Numbered from the stretch's first letter, positions 42,827 to 57,125 are shown. The stretch is 64,000 nt of DNA from Octopus vulgaris (GCA_951406725.2 OX597820.1:54126001-54190000); one strand, 5' to 3'. The notes: generated by a model from the sequence alone, not told the origin. A program made the numbers and translations.

Positions 42827-43341
42827 ATGCATGCATACGTACGTACGTACGTACACACACATACATACATATAAACATACATACATACATACATACATGC
42901 ATACATACATACATACATACATACATACATACATACATACATACATACATACATGGACATCAAAGAAAGACATCATACGCTAAAACCATCTGCCATCACA
43001 AGAGACGTCTTGGAAAAAAATAGCAAAGATCCACAAGGTAACTTATACACCCAGGAGAACAAGATGTCTCTGGATTCCTCACTTGAGAAACTGAAGTGAC
43101 TCAACACGAGTATTTTGTCTCTTCTTTCCAATCAATTTCTGTTCCTCTCGTTCTTGTTTCTCATCCGAAAGTCGAAAATATTGAAAATATGCCATCTGTT
43201 TATTTTATTTTTAAGCGAATGCAACAAGAAAAGCTAAATTCACTACGGTATTCGTCCAGGCATAATATAATACTTCTCATGGACGTACTGTGTTAAATAA
43301 CATGAACACATCAGTAGCAGACGAAAATCATGGTGAGAACC

Positions 43342-43380
43342 CTAGACGCGCATTTCTGCCTCTTTGGTCTTTGTCAGTAG
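43342..43380 (-). ncRNA. Degenerate type I hammerhead motif
   Basis: Minus strand cta CTGACAA agacc-aaaga-ggca GAAA tgcgcg TC tag: stem I cta/tag, G8-to-A core change, damaged stem II, near-palindromic gcgc stem III. Confidence 0.45.
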
Positions 43381-43541
43381 CGCGTAATCACTGGTAATCA
43401 CTTGCTAAGATAAAATTCGCTGTCACTGACATAGAAAATCAGCGACTGAAAGATCACTGGCGTTGAATTAGCCGGTCGGCTGAATAAAAGTCAGTTATAT
43501 GCAATAGAAAGCAGTATTAGATTAAAATACCCTTCAGTGGT

Positions 43542-43880
43542 GAAGATGCATGGCTCAGTAGTTAGAGCGTCGAGCTTACGATCGTGAGATTATGAGTTCG
43601 ATTCTTGAACCGGGCTGTGTGTAGTGTTTTTGAGCAAGACACTTTATTTCACGCAGCTCAATTTCACTCGGCTGTCGAAATGAGTTATGACGTCACTGGT
43701 GCCAGGCTGTATCGGCCTCTGTCTTTCCTTTGGATAACATCGGTTGCATGGAGAGGGGAGTATGTCTACGCATGGGTGACTGTTTGTCTTCCATAAAAAA
43801 TATTACCCGGGCTTGTGCCTAGGAGGGGAACTTTCTAGGTGCAATCTCATTGTCATTCGTGGCAGAAGAAGGTCTTCACT
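43542..43880 (+). mobile_element. Family D SINE
   Basis: tRNA-like head tggctcagtagttagagc...gagttcgattc followed by ttgagcaagacactt; similar to 59880-60181. Confidence 0.85.
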
Positions 43881-44721
43881 CCTTTTACCCTTCAGTGAAT
43901 CAAAAAATATATTACAATTACTTTATTTTTATTTTTGTGTCCCATACCCACAAACATTTATAAATGTATATAAACACGCCCATACTCATATGCATACATA
44001 CACATAACTGTGTGTATATGTGTGTGTGTAAGTGTGATCATTTTTGAGTTGAGTGTGTAAGCATCATTAGGTGTTTAAATACACTTGTATCGGTATTAAA
44101 CTATGTGTGTGTATATATATATGCTTCTACAATTGCCACTGTATGTGTTTGTGTATTCATGTGAGTGTGAGTTTGCACAAACTAGTTTGAATGTAGCTTG
44201 CACTCATGTTTCTGTATGTATTTGTACCTAATTGAGAGTGTGTGTATGTAGTATATACAAACATACATACAAATATACATATGTACGATTACACACATAT
44301 AATACACACGATATACGTACACACACGGACGCTCACGGAAACAAACGCACGCGTGAACATACATACAAGCTTGCAGATATTCATGCATACACTGACCGTC
44401 CGTTATTTGAAGAGAGCCTTAGGAGCAAGCAGAGTTTAATCAAGAAGGTTAAAGGAGAAATGGTGGTCGTGGCGGTGAGGCGATGGCGGCGGCGGCGGCG
44501 GCGGCGGGGCGACGGCGGCGGCGGGGCGACAGCGACGATGGCGACGGTGGGGCGGCGACGGCAGTTGAAGTCGTGGTGGCGGGCTGGTCTCGTCTCCATC
44601 GTCGTAGTTGGTTACAGACATGGAATTTCCCGTTTTGTGGCAAGAGGAAAATTGAATAACAAAGGGACAGATAGATGACGGTAAGAATAAGGGAACGGTA
44701 AGAACGAAAGTGGTGTAAATC

Positions 44722-44947
44722 TCTTTACTCTCTTTTACTCACTTTTACTTGTTTCAGTCATTTGACTGCAGCCATGCTGGAGCACCGCCTTTAGTCGGGC
44801 AAATCGACCCCAGGACTTATTCTTTGTAAGCCTAGTACTTATTCTATCGGTCTCCTTTGCCGAACCGCTAAGTTACGGGGACGTAAACACACCAGTATCG
44901 GTTGTCAAGCGATGTTGGGGGAGACAAACACAGACACTCAAACATAT

Positions 44948-44965
<18 letters not shown>
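44722..44965 (-). mobile_element. Family A SINE 3' half
   Basis: Tail matches; ends at the central microsatellite. Similar 3' halves at 9190-9405, 36480-36700 and 46240-46460. Confidence 0.85.
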
Positions 44966-45022
<57 letters not shown>

Positions 45023-45971
45023 CTCCTTCTTCCCTTCTTTCCTGAGCGTCCAGTAATATTTTATTTGTTCCACATCCTTGCGTTGTTGTCTTTTTGTTTT
45101 CTTGTTTTCTTGTTTGGATTAACTTTGGTTTGACCTAGGTTTATTCCAAACGGATTTTTTTCGTCGGCCTTCACCCACTCTGACGTCAGCGCATATTGAG
45201 AGACAGTTTTGTGCCATTTTTACCATGGGCTCCTAGGGAGCGTTTTGTTCGAAAAGCTTGCTGCGCATTTGTTTTGAGATTTTAAATTCTGGATTTTCCT
45301 GAAGAGAAAGCTGCAGAATGGTCTCCTTATTCAATCCGAATTTGGGAATTTGCAGCCTTTGAAACATGTGTAGAAAATAATAAAAAGGAATTTTGTAGAA
45401 TCTTCGTTCGGCTCCATTTCTTCCCTTCACTAAATAAAACTTCAATTATCCGCGCTGAAGCACGGGGGCGAAACCCCATGGTCGTAACCTCAACCGTGTC
45501 TTTTCTGGTGTGATTTTTGCTACACAGGTATCGGTTAAATTTTGAATAATCCGTAACAAGATAATTCATTTATCCATTTCATTAAATATATATATATATA
45601 TATCAATATAAAGGGAAAACTACGAATTCCAATCACACGTAAAGTTATCAACGGGTTATTGTTATCAGAATTAGTGGGCACCAAACTCATTATTTAATTT
45701 GAATTAAAACTTACAATCAAGGCTCCGGATCAGATCATCTAAATGTTCAAGCGAACAGTTACACAACCACTATTAATAAAACATTACTTACTAGCGTAAT
45801 GGAGATCAATGCAACAGACGCGCTAGCTATGGGGGCTTAGTAGTTGTATGATACTTGGAGTGTGATGCATGAAAATGAGGGTGACAGAATCGTACCTTGG
45901 TCCTAGGAGGAGGGATGCTGGTGCGTTAAGTTGGTGGATGTGACTGACAGTATTGGTGGTTGTGTATGTAC

Positions 45972-46046
<75 letters not shown>

Positions 46047-46102
46047 ACATATTCATCCTTTTCCAAAATAACTCCTTATATTGAACTCTACTATTTACCT
46101 CT

Positions 46103-46171
46103 AGTTAACTCTCATGTCGTCTCTGATGAAGGGATATCCCTAATATCCCAGAAACAGCCGTAAGACTAACT
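46103..46171 (+). ncRNA. Type I hammerhead ribozyme (canonical core)
   Basis: gtct CTGATGA a gggatat-cccta-atatccc a GAAA c-agcc-g TA agac (46119-46166); stem I can extend through agtta (46103-46107)/taact (46167-46171) across an internal loop; predicted cut after GUA at 46162. Confidence 0.78.
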
Positions 46172-46732
46172 TTCTCTTGATAAATGTCGTATAATTTCCA
46201 CACACCCTTTCTTTCGTTGTTTTATTTAATACATATTCTTTTATTCTTTTATTCATTTATTTGTTTTAGTCATTTGACTGTGTCCATGCTGGAGCACTGC
46301 CTTTAGTCGAACAAATCGAAACCAGAACTTATTCTTTGTAAGCCTAGTACTTATTCTATCGGGATCTTTGCCGAACCGCTACGTTACGAGGACGTAAACA
46401 CACCAGCATCGGTTGTCAAGCGATGGTGAGGGGGACAAACACAGACACACAAACATACACACACACATATATACGCACACACATACACACATACACACAT
46501 ACACATATACCTACATTCATGTATGCATACATACAAATGTACTTATAAATATATAGGCGCGGGGTGTAGGTTAAGAAACTTGCATCCTAACCACCGGGTT
46601 TTGGGTTCAGTCCCACTTCGCGGCTACTTCTACTATAGCCTCAGGCCGACCAAAGCCTTGTGAGTGGATATGGTAGACGGAAACCGAAAGTCCGTTCTAT
46701 ATATATATATCAATATGTGTGTGTATACATAT

Positions 46733-47102
46733 GGAGGCGCAATGGCCCAGTGGTTGGGGCAGCGGACTCGCGGTCATAGGATCGCGGTTTCGATTCCCAG
46801 ACAGGGCGTTGTGAGTGTTTATTGAGCGAAAACACCTAAAGCTCCACGAGGCTCCGGCAGGGGATGGTGGTGATCCCTGCTGTACTCTTTCACCACTACT
46901 TTCTCTCACTCTTACTTCCTGTTTCTGTTGTACCTGTATTTCAAAGGGCCGGCCTTGTCACTCTCTGTGTCACGCTGAATACGTTAAGGGTACACGTGTC
47001 TGTGGAGTGCTCAGCCACTTACACGTTAATTTTACGAGCAGGCTGTTCCGTTGATTCGGATCAACCGGAACCCTCGTCGTCGTAACCGACGGAGTGCTTC
47101 CA
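46733..47102 (+). mobile_element. Full-length family C SINE with 10-bp TSD
   Basis: TSD gtatacatat at 46723-46732 and 47103-47112; near-identical to 23899-24281 apart from a small deletion. Confidence 0.93.
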
Positions 47103-47115
47103 GTATACATATATA

Positions 47116-47322
47116 CGAGGGGATGTTGAAAAGCTCCTGGCTTTGGGTAAAAGAAAATACAGGAGGATCAGTTAATTATGATTTTATGCAACATGCTCTA
47201 CTCTCAGATTCAACATCCGTCAGTTTTTCTTAGCTCTGTAAAAGAATTCGGAAGGTTGAGCCTCCTCCATTCAGGTCTTTCATGATACCCTTAAGGTCAG
47301 GAACTTTTCAGCAACCCCCTCG
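47116..47322. mobile_element. Mariner-type MITE
   Basis: TIRs cgaggggatgttgaaaagctcctg / caggaacttttcagcaaccccctcg with TA on both sides; CGAGGG start as in Hsmar2-like mariners. Confidence 0.8.
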
Positions 47323-47499
47323 TATGGTTTGTGTGTATGTATGTGCGTGTGCTTGTGAGTTTTTGTGTTTGTGTTTTTCTTCCACCCCCACCTATCATTT
47401 GACAACTGATGTTGATGTGTATGCGTCCGTATAAAAGAGAACACTAGAACGTATACGTACTGGTCGCCGTGTACTGACTGGAACAAGTAAAAGAAAAAA

Positions 47500-47980
<481 letters not shown>

Positions 47981-49863
47981 TAATTATTGATGCACACATA
48001 TTTTAGGGAGCAAGTGATAAATTCGGAGAGAGAGGAATATATATAGAATATATATATTTATATTTAGATATATATACATGGATTTATATGTGCAGCGATA
48101 TGCATGTATAAATGTGTGTAAGCAAAAGAAACAACATTTGCTTGAAAGAGCCTAACAGAAGAAAGTTTGATTTGTAAAACGAAAATGAGTGTAACAAGTT
48201 CGAAGAAAGAGCGGGAAAGAGAGAATGGCAGATAGAGGGAGGGAGATAGAGAGAGACAGACAGAACGTGAGTGTTGATGAGAATGAATGAAGAGAGTATA
48301 TGGCTGTGATGATGAAAGGCGAGAAGTTAGGAAGTGGAGGCTGTGTAGGTGGGATTAGAGATAAAACGACAGGTTAATATGGAGTACGGAGGTAGGTGTT
48401 GTAGAGGAGAAGACAGAGACACAGGCAGGGAGTGTGAAAGAATGTAGTGGGACGAGGTGAAATTGTGAAAGAAAAAGGAAATAATAATAGAAAGGTGACT
48501 AAGGGGACATGAGAGGGAGAGAGAGAAAGAAGGAGTGAGAGTGAATATGACAGAGAGAAAAGAGAGAGAGAAAGAGTGAGAGAGAGATGCAGGGAGATAA
48601 GAGAACTTACGGAGAAAACGATAGCGGAGAAAGCGAGAGAGAGAGAGTGAGAGAGTGAGAGAGGCGATAACGACAGATAAAGCGAGGAATGGTGTTAGGA
48701 AAGGACGAAGGTGAAGTAGGAGGCTAGTCAAGTGACATAGGTGGAAATAAACAAAAGTTTTGGCCAGCAGACGACCGTGGAGAGAGAGAAAGAAAGAACG
48801 GCTAACTTACAGTTGAAGACACCATTTTACTGTGTGTGTTATGTTTGTTATGTATGTTCCGGATGGAATATATACATTATATATAGATATGTATGTGTAC
48901 ATGTGCATGTATATATGCAAACGCCATCTTCTTTGTTTATACCAATAGATCAGGACTGAAACGCACTGAAAAAAAAAACAAAAACTCTTAGATCAGTAAT
49001 AGTTATCGTTGTAGTTATTGTAAGTGTTATTTTTGTTATTGATGCTGTTGTTAAGGTTATTATGAAAAAGGAAATGTTGTATTCCTAATTTGTTTTTTGT
49101 TGTTTTTTTTTAAAGTGAAACAATATAAGATTACACAAAATATTCCCAACAAAATGATAAATTATTTTAAAAAGAAGGATCAGGGAACTTTAAGAAAAAG
49201 TTGAGTACGACGGCAACCACTTAAAAGGAACGAAAAATACCATAAATATTTAACTGAGAGAAAAAAAATAATGGAAAGAAATGTTTGAGAAATGACCCTG
49301 AACTTTGAAACAAAAATATTAGTAGTAGTAGTAGTAGTTGTTGTAGTTGTAATATCATTAGCAGTAATAAATAGCTAAGGTAAATGGTACTGTACAGGCC
49401 ACTTAATCAACGACAGTTACAATAACAATGCCGATACGAACGCATAATGTTACAAAGTAAACAAAGGAAGAAAAGAGATATATATAATAATTGTTTGTTT
49501 GTTTTTAACAACTAATTTATCACCTCATTCCTCACCTCTCATTCCTCCTAAAATTATGAACAAATATTAACAACATCGACAAGTTACAATAATAACAACG
49601 CGATTCGGTAATAACGAAAACAATAACAATATCAATCTGAACCACATCTACAACAGTGGTGTTAAATTTAAAGTCAAAAGGAAAATACATTGTATTCAGT
49701 TTTTACTCGACAATATAGTTTATATATTTTCTGTCAAATTATTACCTTATGGAAGTGACTACAAGTGATCAGGATCTGCACACGATCGGTAAGTAGGCAT
49801 TTTGTTAGTTTTTTTTTTTGTTTTTTTTTTTGTTTTTCCTTAATATTTCTAATTGATTGTAAG

Positions 49864-50430
49864 ACGGCGAGCTGGCAGAAACGTTAGCACGCCGGGTGAA
49901 AAGCTTTGTGGTCTTTCGTCCGACGCTGCGTTCTGAGTTCAAATACCGCCGAGGTCGACTTTGCCTTCCATCTATTCGGGGTCGATGAATTAAGTAACAG
50001 TTACGCACTGGGGTCGATATAATCGACTTAATCCGTTTGTCTGTCCTTGTTTGTCCTCTCCGTGTTTAGCCCCTTGTGGGTAGTAAAGAAAGAGGTATTT
50101 CGTCTGTCTTTATGCTCTGAGTTCAAATTCCGCTGTGGTCGACTTTGCCTTTCATCCTTTCGGGGTCGAGTCGATGTAATCGACTTAATCAGTTTGTTTG
50201 TCGAGGTCGACTTTGCCTTTCATCCTTTCGGGGTCGATATAATCGACTTAATCAGTTTGTCTGTCCTTGTTTGTTCCCTCTGTGTTTAGCCCCTTGTGAG
50301 TCTTAAAGAAATAGGTATACTTTGCCTTTCGAGATTCGATAAAATAAGTATCAATTGAACACTGGGGTCGTTGTAGTAGACTTACCCACTTGCCCGAAAT
50401 TACTGGCCTTGTACCCAAACTTTGAAATCA
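49864..50430 (+). mobile_element. Rearranged family B SINE multimer
   Basis: Full unit, then headless units joined near 50090 and 50310, with an internal partial duplication. Confidence 0.8.
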
Positions 50431-50926
50431 ATATTTTAATTCATTCATAATAGTGCAAGTACAATTCGCCGAGGATTATAAATAGAAACCGCACGTGTCG
50501 GGAACGTAAAATTGTTAAAGCATCGGGGGAAAACTTTGCTTTGTAGTATTCGTTCCAAATCTTTTCTTTCTGAGTTCAAATCCTACCGAGAATAACTTTA
50601 CCTAAATTGTTATAATAAAGTACCAATCAAGTACTTTCCTTTGAAATTGATAGTTTTTTTATCTAAAACAGAAACCTTTTTGTTTCCATGATTTGAGAAA
50701 TAACCCCCGCCCACCCAAAGAATGCACTAGACTGTGCTTAAAAAGGGGAAAGGTTTCGGATTCTTTTATTCTTTTACTAGTTTCAATCATTAAATGGCAC
50801 CCATGCTGAGATATCAGCTTCAACCATATCGACTTGAGCATATTGAAAATCATTTGTCGAACCGCTAATTTACGCAAATAACACTAACATAAATTACACT
50901 GTATATGTTTATATGTATATATATAC

Positions 50927-50984
<58 letters not shown>

Positions 50985-51126
50985 GTATATGTATATATGT
51001 ATACACACACATAGATACATGTATATATGTATATATATATATATAGGTATATATATATATATATATATACATAGATACATATATATATGTATGTATATAT
51101 ATATATATATATATATACATAGATAC

Positions 51127-51157
<31 letters not shown>

Positions 51158-51167
51158 TAGATACATA

Positions 51168-51278
<111 letters not shown>

Positions 51279-51279
51279 C

Positions 51280-51325
<46 letters not shown>

Positions 51326-51472
51326 GTATATATATATTGGAAGGTTTGGAGATGATGTACAGGTATTATATATTAAAAGAAATGAGGTAATCAGATCGGA
51401 TGGTTCATATTTATAGATATTTATTTATATATTACATGTGTATATATATACTCATAGATACATGTATGTATG

Positions 51473-51529
<57 letters not shown>

Positions 51530-51722
51530 ATACATAAATATATATATATATGTGTGTATACACACACATTATGCTTTCTATCAGCCATGTAACAGCTTTT
51601 AGATATCGTTAAAATATAACTATTTATAAAATACTAAATCCCTAAAAACAATTATCTAACCGTTGCATTAGCATGCTTTTTTCGATATGAAATATATATA
51701 TATATCTATTTGTGGGTTACAT

Positions 51723-51823
<101 letters not shown>

Positions 51824-52059
51824 CAGTTTGTTGTGTCTAACAAACGCGTTTCAGGGACTATTGGAGAAATGAAGATCATTTAAAAAAGACACTCACCCAG
51901 CATGTTATGCACTAGGATCGAACCTCAGCTTACGTGGCTGTGATGCGAACTTTCTAACATCATAAAGTCTATTTTGATAGATACATATTATTCTATTTAG
52001 CCGCATATGAGTGAGTGTGTATAGTTCTAAAGCTTAATTTATTTACACCTGTAACCAAT

Positions 52060-52530
52060 ATTGGTTACAAATTTTGGCACAAAGCCAGCAATTTCGGAGG
52101 AGAGGGAAAAGTTAGTTACATCGAGCACAGTTCTCAACTGGTGCTTATTCTATCGACCCCGAAAGGGACGAAAGGTAAAATCGACCTCGGCGGAATTTGA
52201 TCCCAGAACATAAAGACGGACGAAATGCCGCTAGGCATTTTGCACGGCGTGCTAACGATTCTGCCAGCTCGTCGCCCTATAATAAGTTAGCTAATATTAG
52301 CTACAGGTAGGGCAATGAGCTGGCAGAATCGTTTGCACGCCGGGCAAAATGCTTAGCGACATTTCGTCCGTCTTTATGTTCTGAGTTCAAATTCCGCCGA
52401 GGTCGATTTTACCTTTTCATCCTTTCAGAGTCGATAAAATAACTACCAGTTGAGCACTGAGTTTGATGTAAACGACGTACCCACTTTCCTCCGAAAAATG
52501 AGGGCCATGTCCCAAAATTTGGGACCCATA
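52060..52530. mobile_element. Two divergent (inverted) family B SINEs about 35 bp apart
   Basis: 52060-52275 on minus, 52310-52530 on plus. Confidence 0.8.
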
Positions 52531-52979
52531 TTACAATTTAGTATATTGTAGTATGTTTGGTGTAATATAACAGAAATATTATAATGATATATAAATGATG
52601 TTGTTTTATGCAGCTTACAGCACCTTAGGTGGATGCTATATAACTCACCTGTTGATAATATACTCTGGCTTGCTGATATATATATATATATATATATATT
52701 TATGCACCTATTGATATATAAACACGCACCTGTAGACAGTGTTGCAATATATATTGTATGATGGTCGTTTAGCTGTATATCGACCCTACGATTAAAGGTG
52801 CTCCAGTTGGCACCTATTGAGTAAAAGCATAAATGATCAACAAAGAATGTTTAAAGGTGGTGCCCCAGCATGGCCGCAGTCCAGTGACTGAAACTAATAA
52901 AACAATAAAATTCTAACATCTGAATGATAATCGAAATAATCATAGGTGAGAGTTTAGGTACGTCTGTTATTACGAGAAG

Positions 52980-53625
52980 TTATTTATATAGACTCAGAAA
53001 AATGCATATACGATGTTTATGTACTCTCAGTTACATGCATGTAGCATATTTATATACACTCAGTATATGTAAGATATTTATACATTCTCATTAATCTGTA
53101 TGTTGTATTCTTCTATACACTCAATCACATGTGTATAGGATATCTACATTCACTCAATAACCTATATGTAGGATATTTATATACACGCATTAACCTGTAT
53201 GTAGTGTTTTTATATGCATTCAGTCACATGTACGTAGGACGTCTATATACACTCTGGGTTCAAATTCCGCCGAGGTCGATTTTACCTTTCATCCTTTCTG
53301 GGTCGATAAAATAACAACCAGTTGAGCACTGGGTTTGATGTAAACGACGTACCCACTTAACTCCAAAAATAAGGGCCATGTCCCAAAATTTAGAACCCAT
53401 ATTACAATTTAGTATATTGTAGTATGTTTGATGTAATATAACAGAAATATTATAATGATATATAAATCTTATAATGATATGCAGTATATACATATACACT
53501 CAGTAACTTAAATGTTGTATATTTTATATACACTCATAAACCTGTCCGTAAGGTATTTATATACGATCAGTAACATGCTGTAATATATCGATATACATAC
53601 AGTTATCTGGATGTACTGTACGATC
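52980..53625. repeat. Degenerate about 30-bp minisatellite (consensus near gatatttatatacactcagtaacctgtatgta), recurring at about 54130-54400 and 56110-56260
   Basis: Recurring tatacactcag / ctgtatgtag motifs at roughly 30-bp spacing. Confidence 0.6.
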
Positions 53626-53644
53626 AGTATGTACCTTTTTTTTT

Positions 53645-53870
53645 TTACGTTTCAGTCATATGACTGTGGCCATGCTGGGGCACCGCCTTCAGGGGTTTTA
53701 GTCGAACAAATCGACCCTAGGACTTATTTATTTTGTGAAGCTTAGTACTTATTCTATCGGTTTCCCTTTGCCGAACCGCTAAGTTACGAGGACGTAAACA
53801 CACCAACACTGGTTGTCAAGCAGTGGCGGGGGATAACCACACAGTCACGAAGATACACGTAGATATACAA

Positions 53871-53930
<60 letters not shown>

Positions 53931-54120
53931 CTGAAAGAAGATTGTGTATATATGTATTTATATAAGTATATATATATGACAGATTCCTTTCAGTTTCCAT
54001 CTACCACTCACAAGGCTTTGGTCGGCCCGAGGCCATAGTAGACACTTACCCAAGGTGCTTCGAAGTGGGTCTGAACCCGGAGCCATATGGTTCGGAAGCA
54101 AGCTTCTTATCACACAGCCT
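53645..54120 (-). mobile_element. Diverged family A SINE
   Basis: Head and tail motifs recognisable. Confidence 0.78.
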
Positions 54121-54507
54121 AGCCTGTAGTTATATACATTAAATATGCATTATATTGATATGTGTATGTATTATATTAATATACACTCAGTAATCTGCAT
54201 ATAGGGTAGTTTTATTAAGATATTTGCATGTAGTTATGTACACTAGGTTACTAACATGTCGTCCAGCTATATACACTAAGATACCTCTATGTAGTACAAC
54301 AGTACTGAGCCCATCTGCCTGTGGGGTCCCTAGGCAAATGCCCTGTGTGCCTATGCTTTACGCATTCACCTACCTGTATGTAGTATATTAACTAGTGTAC
54401 TTGCTTGCTATGCGATACTGAAGAAACATTTATAAAATTACTATCATTCTTGCACGAACATGACTAATGATAAGAAATAAGCGAACTTTATTAATCCTTT
54501 CAAATAT

Positions 54508-55102
54508 TTATTTCTTTATTGCCCACAAGGGGCTAAACATAGAGGGGACAAACAAGGACAGACAAAGGGTTTAAGTCGATTACCACGCCCCCAGTGCGTA
54601 ACTGGTACGTATTTAATCGACTCCGAAAGGATGAAAGGCAAAGTCGACCTCGGCGGAATTTGAACTCAGAACATAACGGCAGACGAAATACCTATTTCCT
54701 TACTACCCACAAGGGGCTAAACACAGAGAGGACAAACAAGGACAGACAAACGGATCAAGTCAATTACATCGACCCCAGTGCGTAACTGGTACATATTTAA
54801 TCGACTCCGAAAGGATGAAAGGCAAAGTCGACCTCGGCGGAATTTGAACTCAGAACGTAACCGCAGACGAAATACCTATTTCTTTACTACCCACAAGGGG
54901 CTAAACACAGAGAGAACAAACAAGGACAGACAAACGGATTAAGTCGATTACATCGACTCCAGTGCGTAACTGGTACTTAATTTATCAATCCCGAAAGGAT
55001 GAAAGGCAACGGCGGAATTTGAACTCAGAACGTAACGGTAGACGAAATACGGCTACGCATTTCGCCCGGCGTGCTAACGTTTCTGCCAGCTCTTCGCCCT
55101 CT
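54508..55102 (-). mobile_element. Family B SINE head-to-tail trimer under one 14-bp TSD
   Basis: TSD atcctttcaaatat at 54494-54507 and 55103-55116; junctions gaaatacctatttc at 54685-54698 and 54869-54882. Confidence 0.92.
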
Positions 55103-56683
55103 ATCCTTTCAAATATATAACATGAAACTTTGACTTTAATCTTTATATATTTTGCAAAAAAAAAAATGTTTTAATCATGAAATATATAATCACGCAACTA
55201 ACTCCCGCTCCCGAAAATTACAGGCCTTTTACTTATTATAGAAGAAATTATTTCTATAATCTCAATACAATTTATTGCGATATTGATTTCAAATTTTGGC
55301 ACAAGGCCAGTAATTTCGGGACAGGAGCTAAATCGATTATATCGACCATCGACCTCAGTGTTCAACTGGTACTTATTTTATCGAACCCGAAAGGATGAAA
55401 GGCAAAGACGACCTCAGCGGTATTTGAACTCAGAACGTAAAGACGAACGAAATGCCGTTAAGCATATTGTGCGACACGCTAGCGATTCTGCCAGCTCACC
55501 ACCTTAATTTGTTGTGGTTATTTACTATCAGATCTGAAAGAGCAGTGTGGTGGGAGACTCGTTAGTGCATCAAACAAAAAAAAACTAAGCCACATTTCGT
55601 CCAGTTTGCGTTCGAGTTCAGATTCCGCCGAGGACGAGTTTGCCTTTCGTCCTTTCGGGATCGACGAAATAATTAGTACCAGGTGAGCACTGGGATCAAT
55701 GTAATGAGTAGCACCCCCGCCCTCACTATCACCACCACCACCACTGTCATCACCGCTACTTCATTCTCCCTTTACCCTCAACAAAAAAATAAATAAATAA
55801 ATAAAATTCCGTTCCTCGTGCCTATAATAGAAAGGTTTATTATCAGATCTTCGAGGGTGCCAGAGATGGCAATGCACTGAGCAATAATAAATTTCGTTGA
55901 TTGATGACTGAGTTCAAATCCTGCCAGTCAAATATAACACTACGTTTTATCCCACAGTTGGTCTGCCGGAAATATTTACTATTCAACAGACTACAGCTTC
56001 TCCAACACACTATCTATGGAGGCACGTACAAATTCTATTATGCAATTCTATTGAGGCAATGGCCCACCAAGTTACGTGATCGGATAGAATCGACAACAGG
56101 ATTTTTCACTGGGTAACTAGGATATACACTGAGATACCTGTATGTTGTTATATGCACTGAGTTACCAGTTCAGTTATATCTACTACGTTACCTATGATTA
56201 CTTTTACACTCAATTACCTCTATGGTGTATATCAATTGGTAGTCAGTTGCCTGTATGTTGTATGAGCTAAAATGTGATTATTTCTTCATAATATATATAA
56301 GGTAAATACAGGTGAATAACAATAACATTGATGGCGCCATGCATTGATAGGAAGTAAATTTACATAAGGTGAAATCTAGTGAAATAACACTCGCCAAACA
56401 AGGCCGTTTCGATGTGGTCGCTGAAATGCTTGAAATAGTAGCCAGATATCCCTCAACTCACACTATATCGTATTTAAATAATGAGGAAGGAGGCATGAAA
56501 TATTGAGTCTGAGGTAAACTAAATCTGTAAAGGATGAGATATGTAGGTCCGTTCAATCAAGGATGACCATGAGCAAAACAACAAAAGCTAGTAAATGGCG
56601 CCAAAAAAACTTGGGAGCGTGTGTGCGGACCTTTATTATTGCTAAAAATAGCAGTCAAATTTCTTTTAAGTGATATAATTGAC

Positions 56684-57125
56684 GGATCTTTTCGGTTTGA
56701 ACGGCAGTTTTTAACATAATTTCTAGGTAACTAAAAATTTTAAAATTCGTATACTGGTAGAATGTGTTTATAAAACATCTTTTTCTCTTGGCTTTATTGA
56801 GAAAATTCTATAGTTTGTAAGATATTTGTTGTTTTTTTCTTCAATTTCTGCAATTTCAACCAATCAGTGACGTCTATTGAGTTAAAAATCATTCTGTGCC
56901 GTATGAATACGTCCCTCGTTTAAGAAACAGATTGGGTTTATTTACATTTGTGAAGAAAAAAAAGATACCCTTCTCCCCACCCCTAGCCCTAACCCTAACT
57001 AACCCTAACAAAATCTAACCCTAAAACAGATTGAAATGCAATAGATCGATACTAGGGTCATAATTATGGGTGACAATTTCATATGACACCGCTAGAAAAA
57101 ACTGCCGTTCAAACCGGAAAGATCC
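56684..57125. mobile_element. Non-autonomous DNA transposon with about 29-bp TIRs, 8-bp TSD and internal telomere-like repeats (Merlin- or MULE-like)
   Basis: TIRs ggatcttttcggtttgaacggcagttttt / aaaaactgccgttcaaaccggaaagatcc; TSD taattgac at 56676-56683 and 57126-57133; degenerate (CCCTAA)n at about 56981-57024. Confidence 0.88.

Noticed and set aside
56981-57024. True telomere or fusion scar
   Set aside because: Short, degenerate and inside a TIR/TSD-bounded element.
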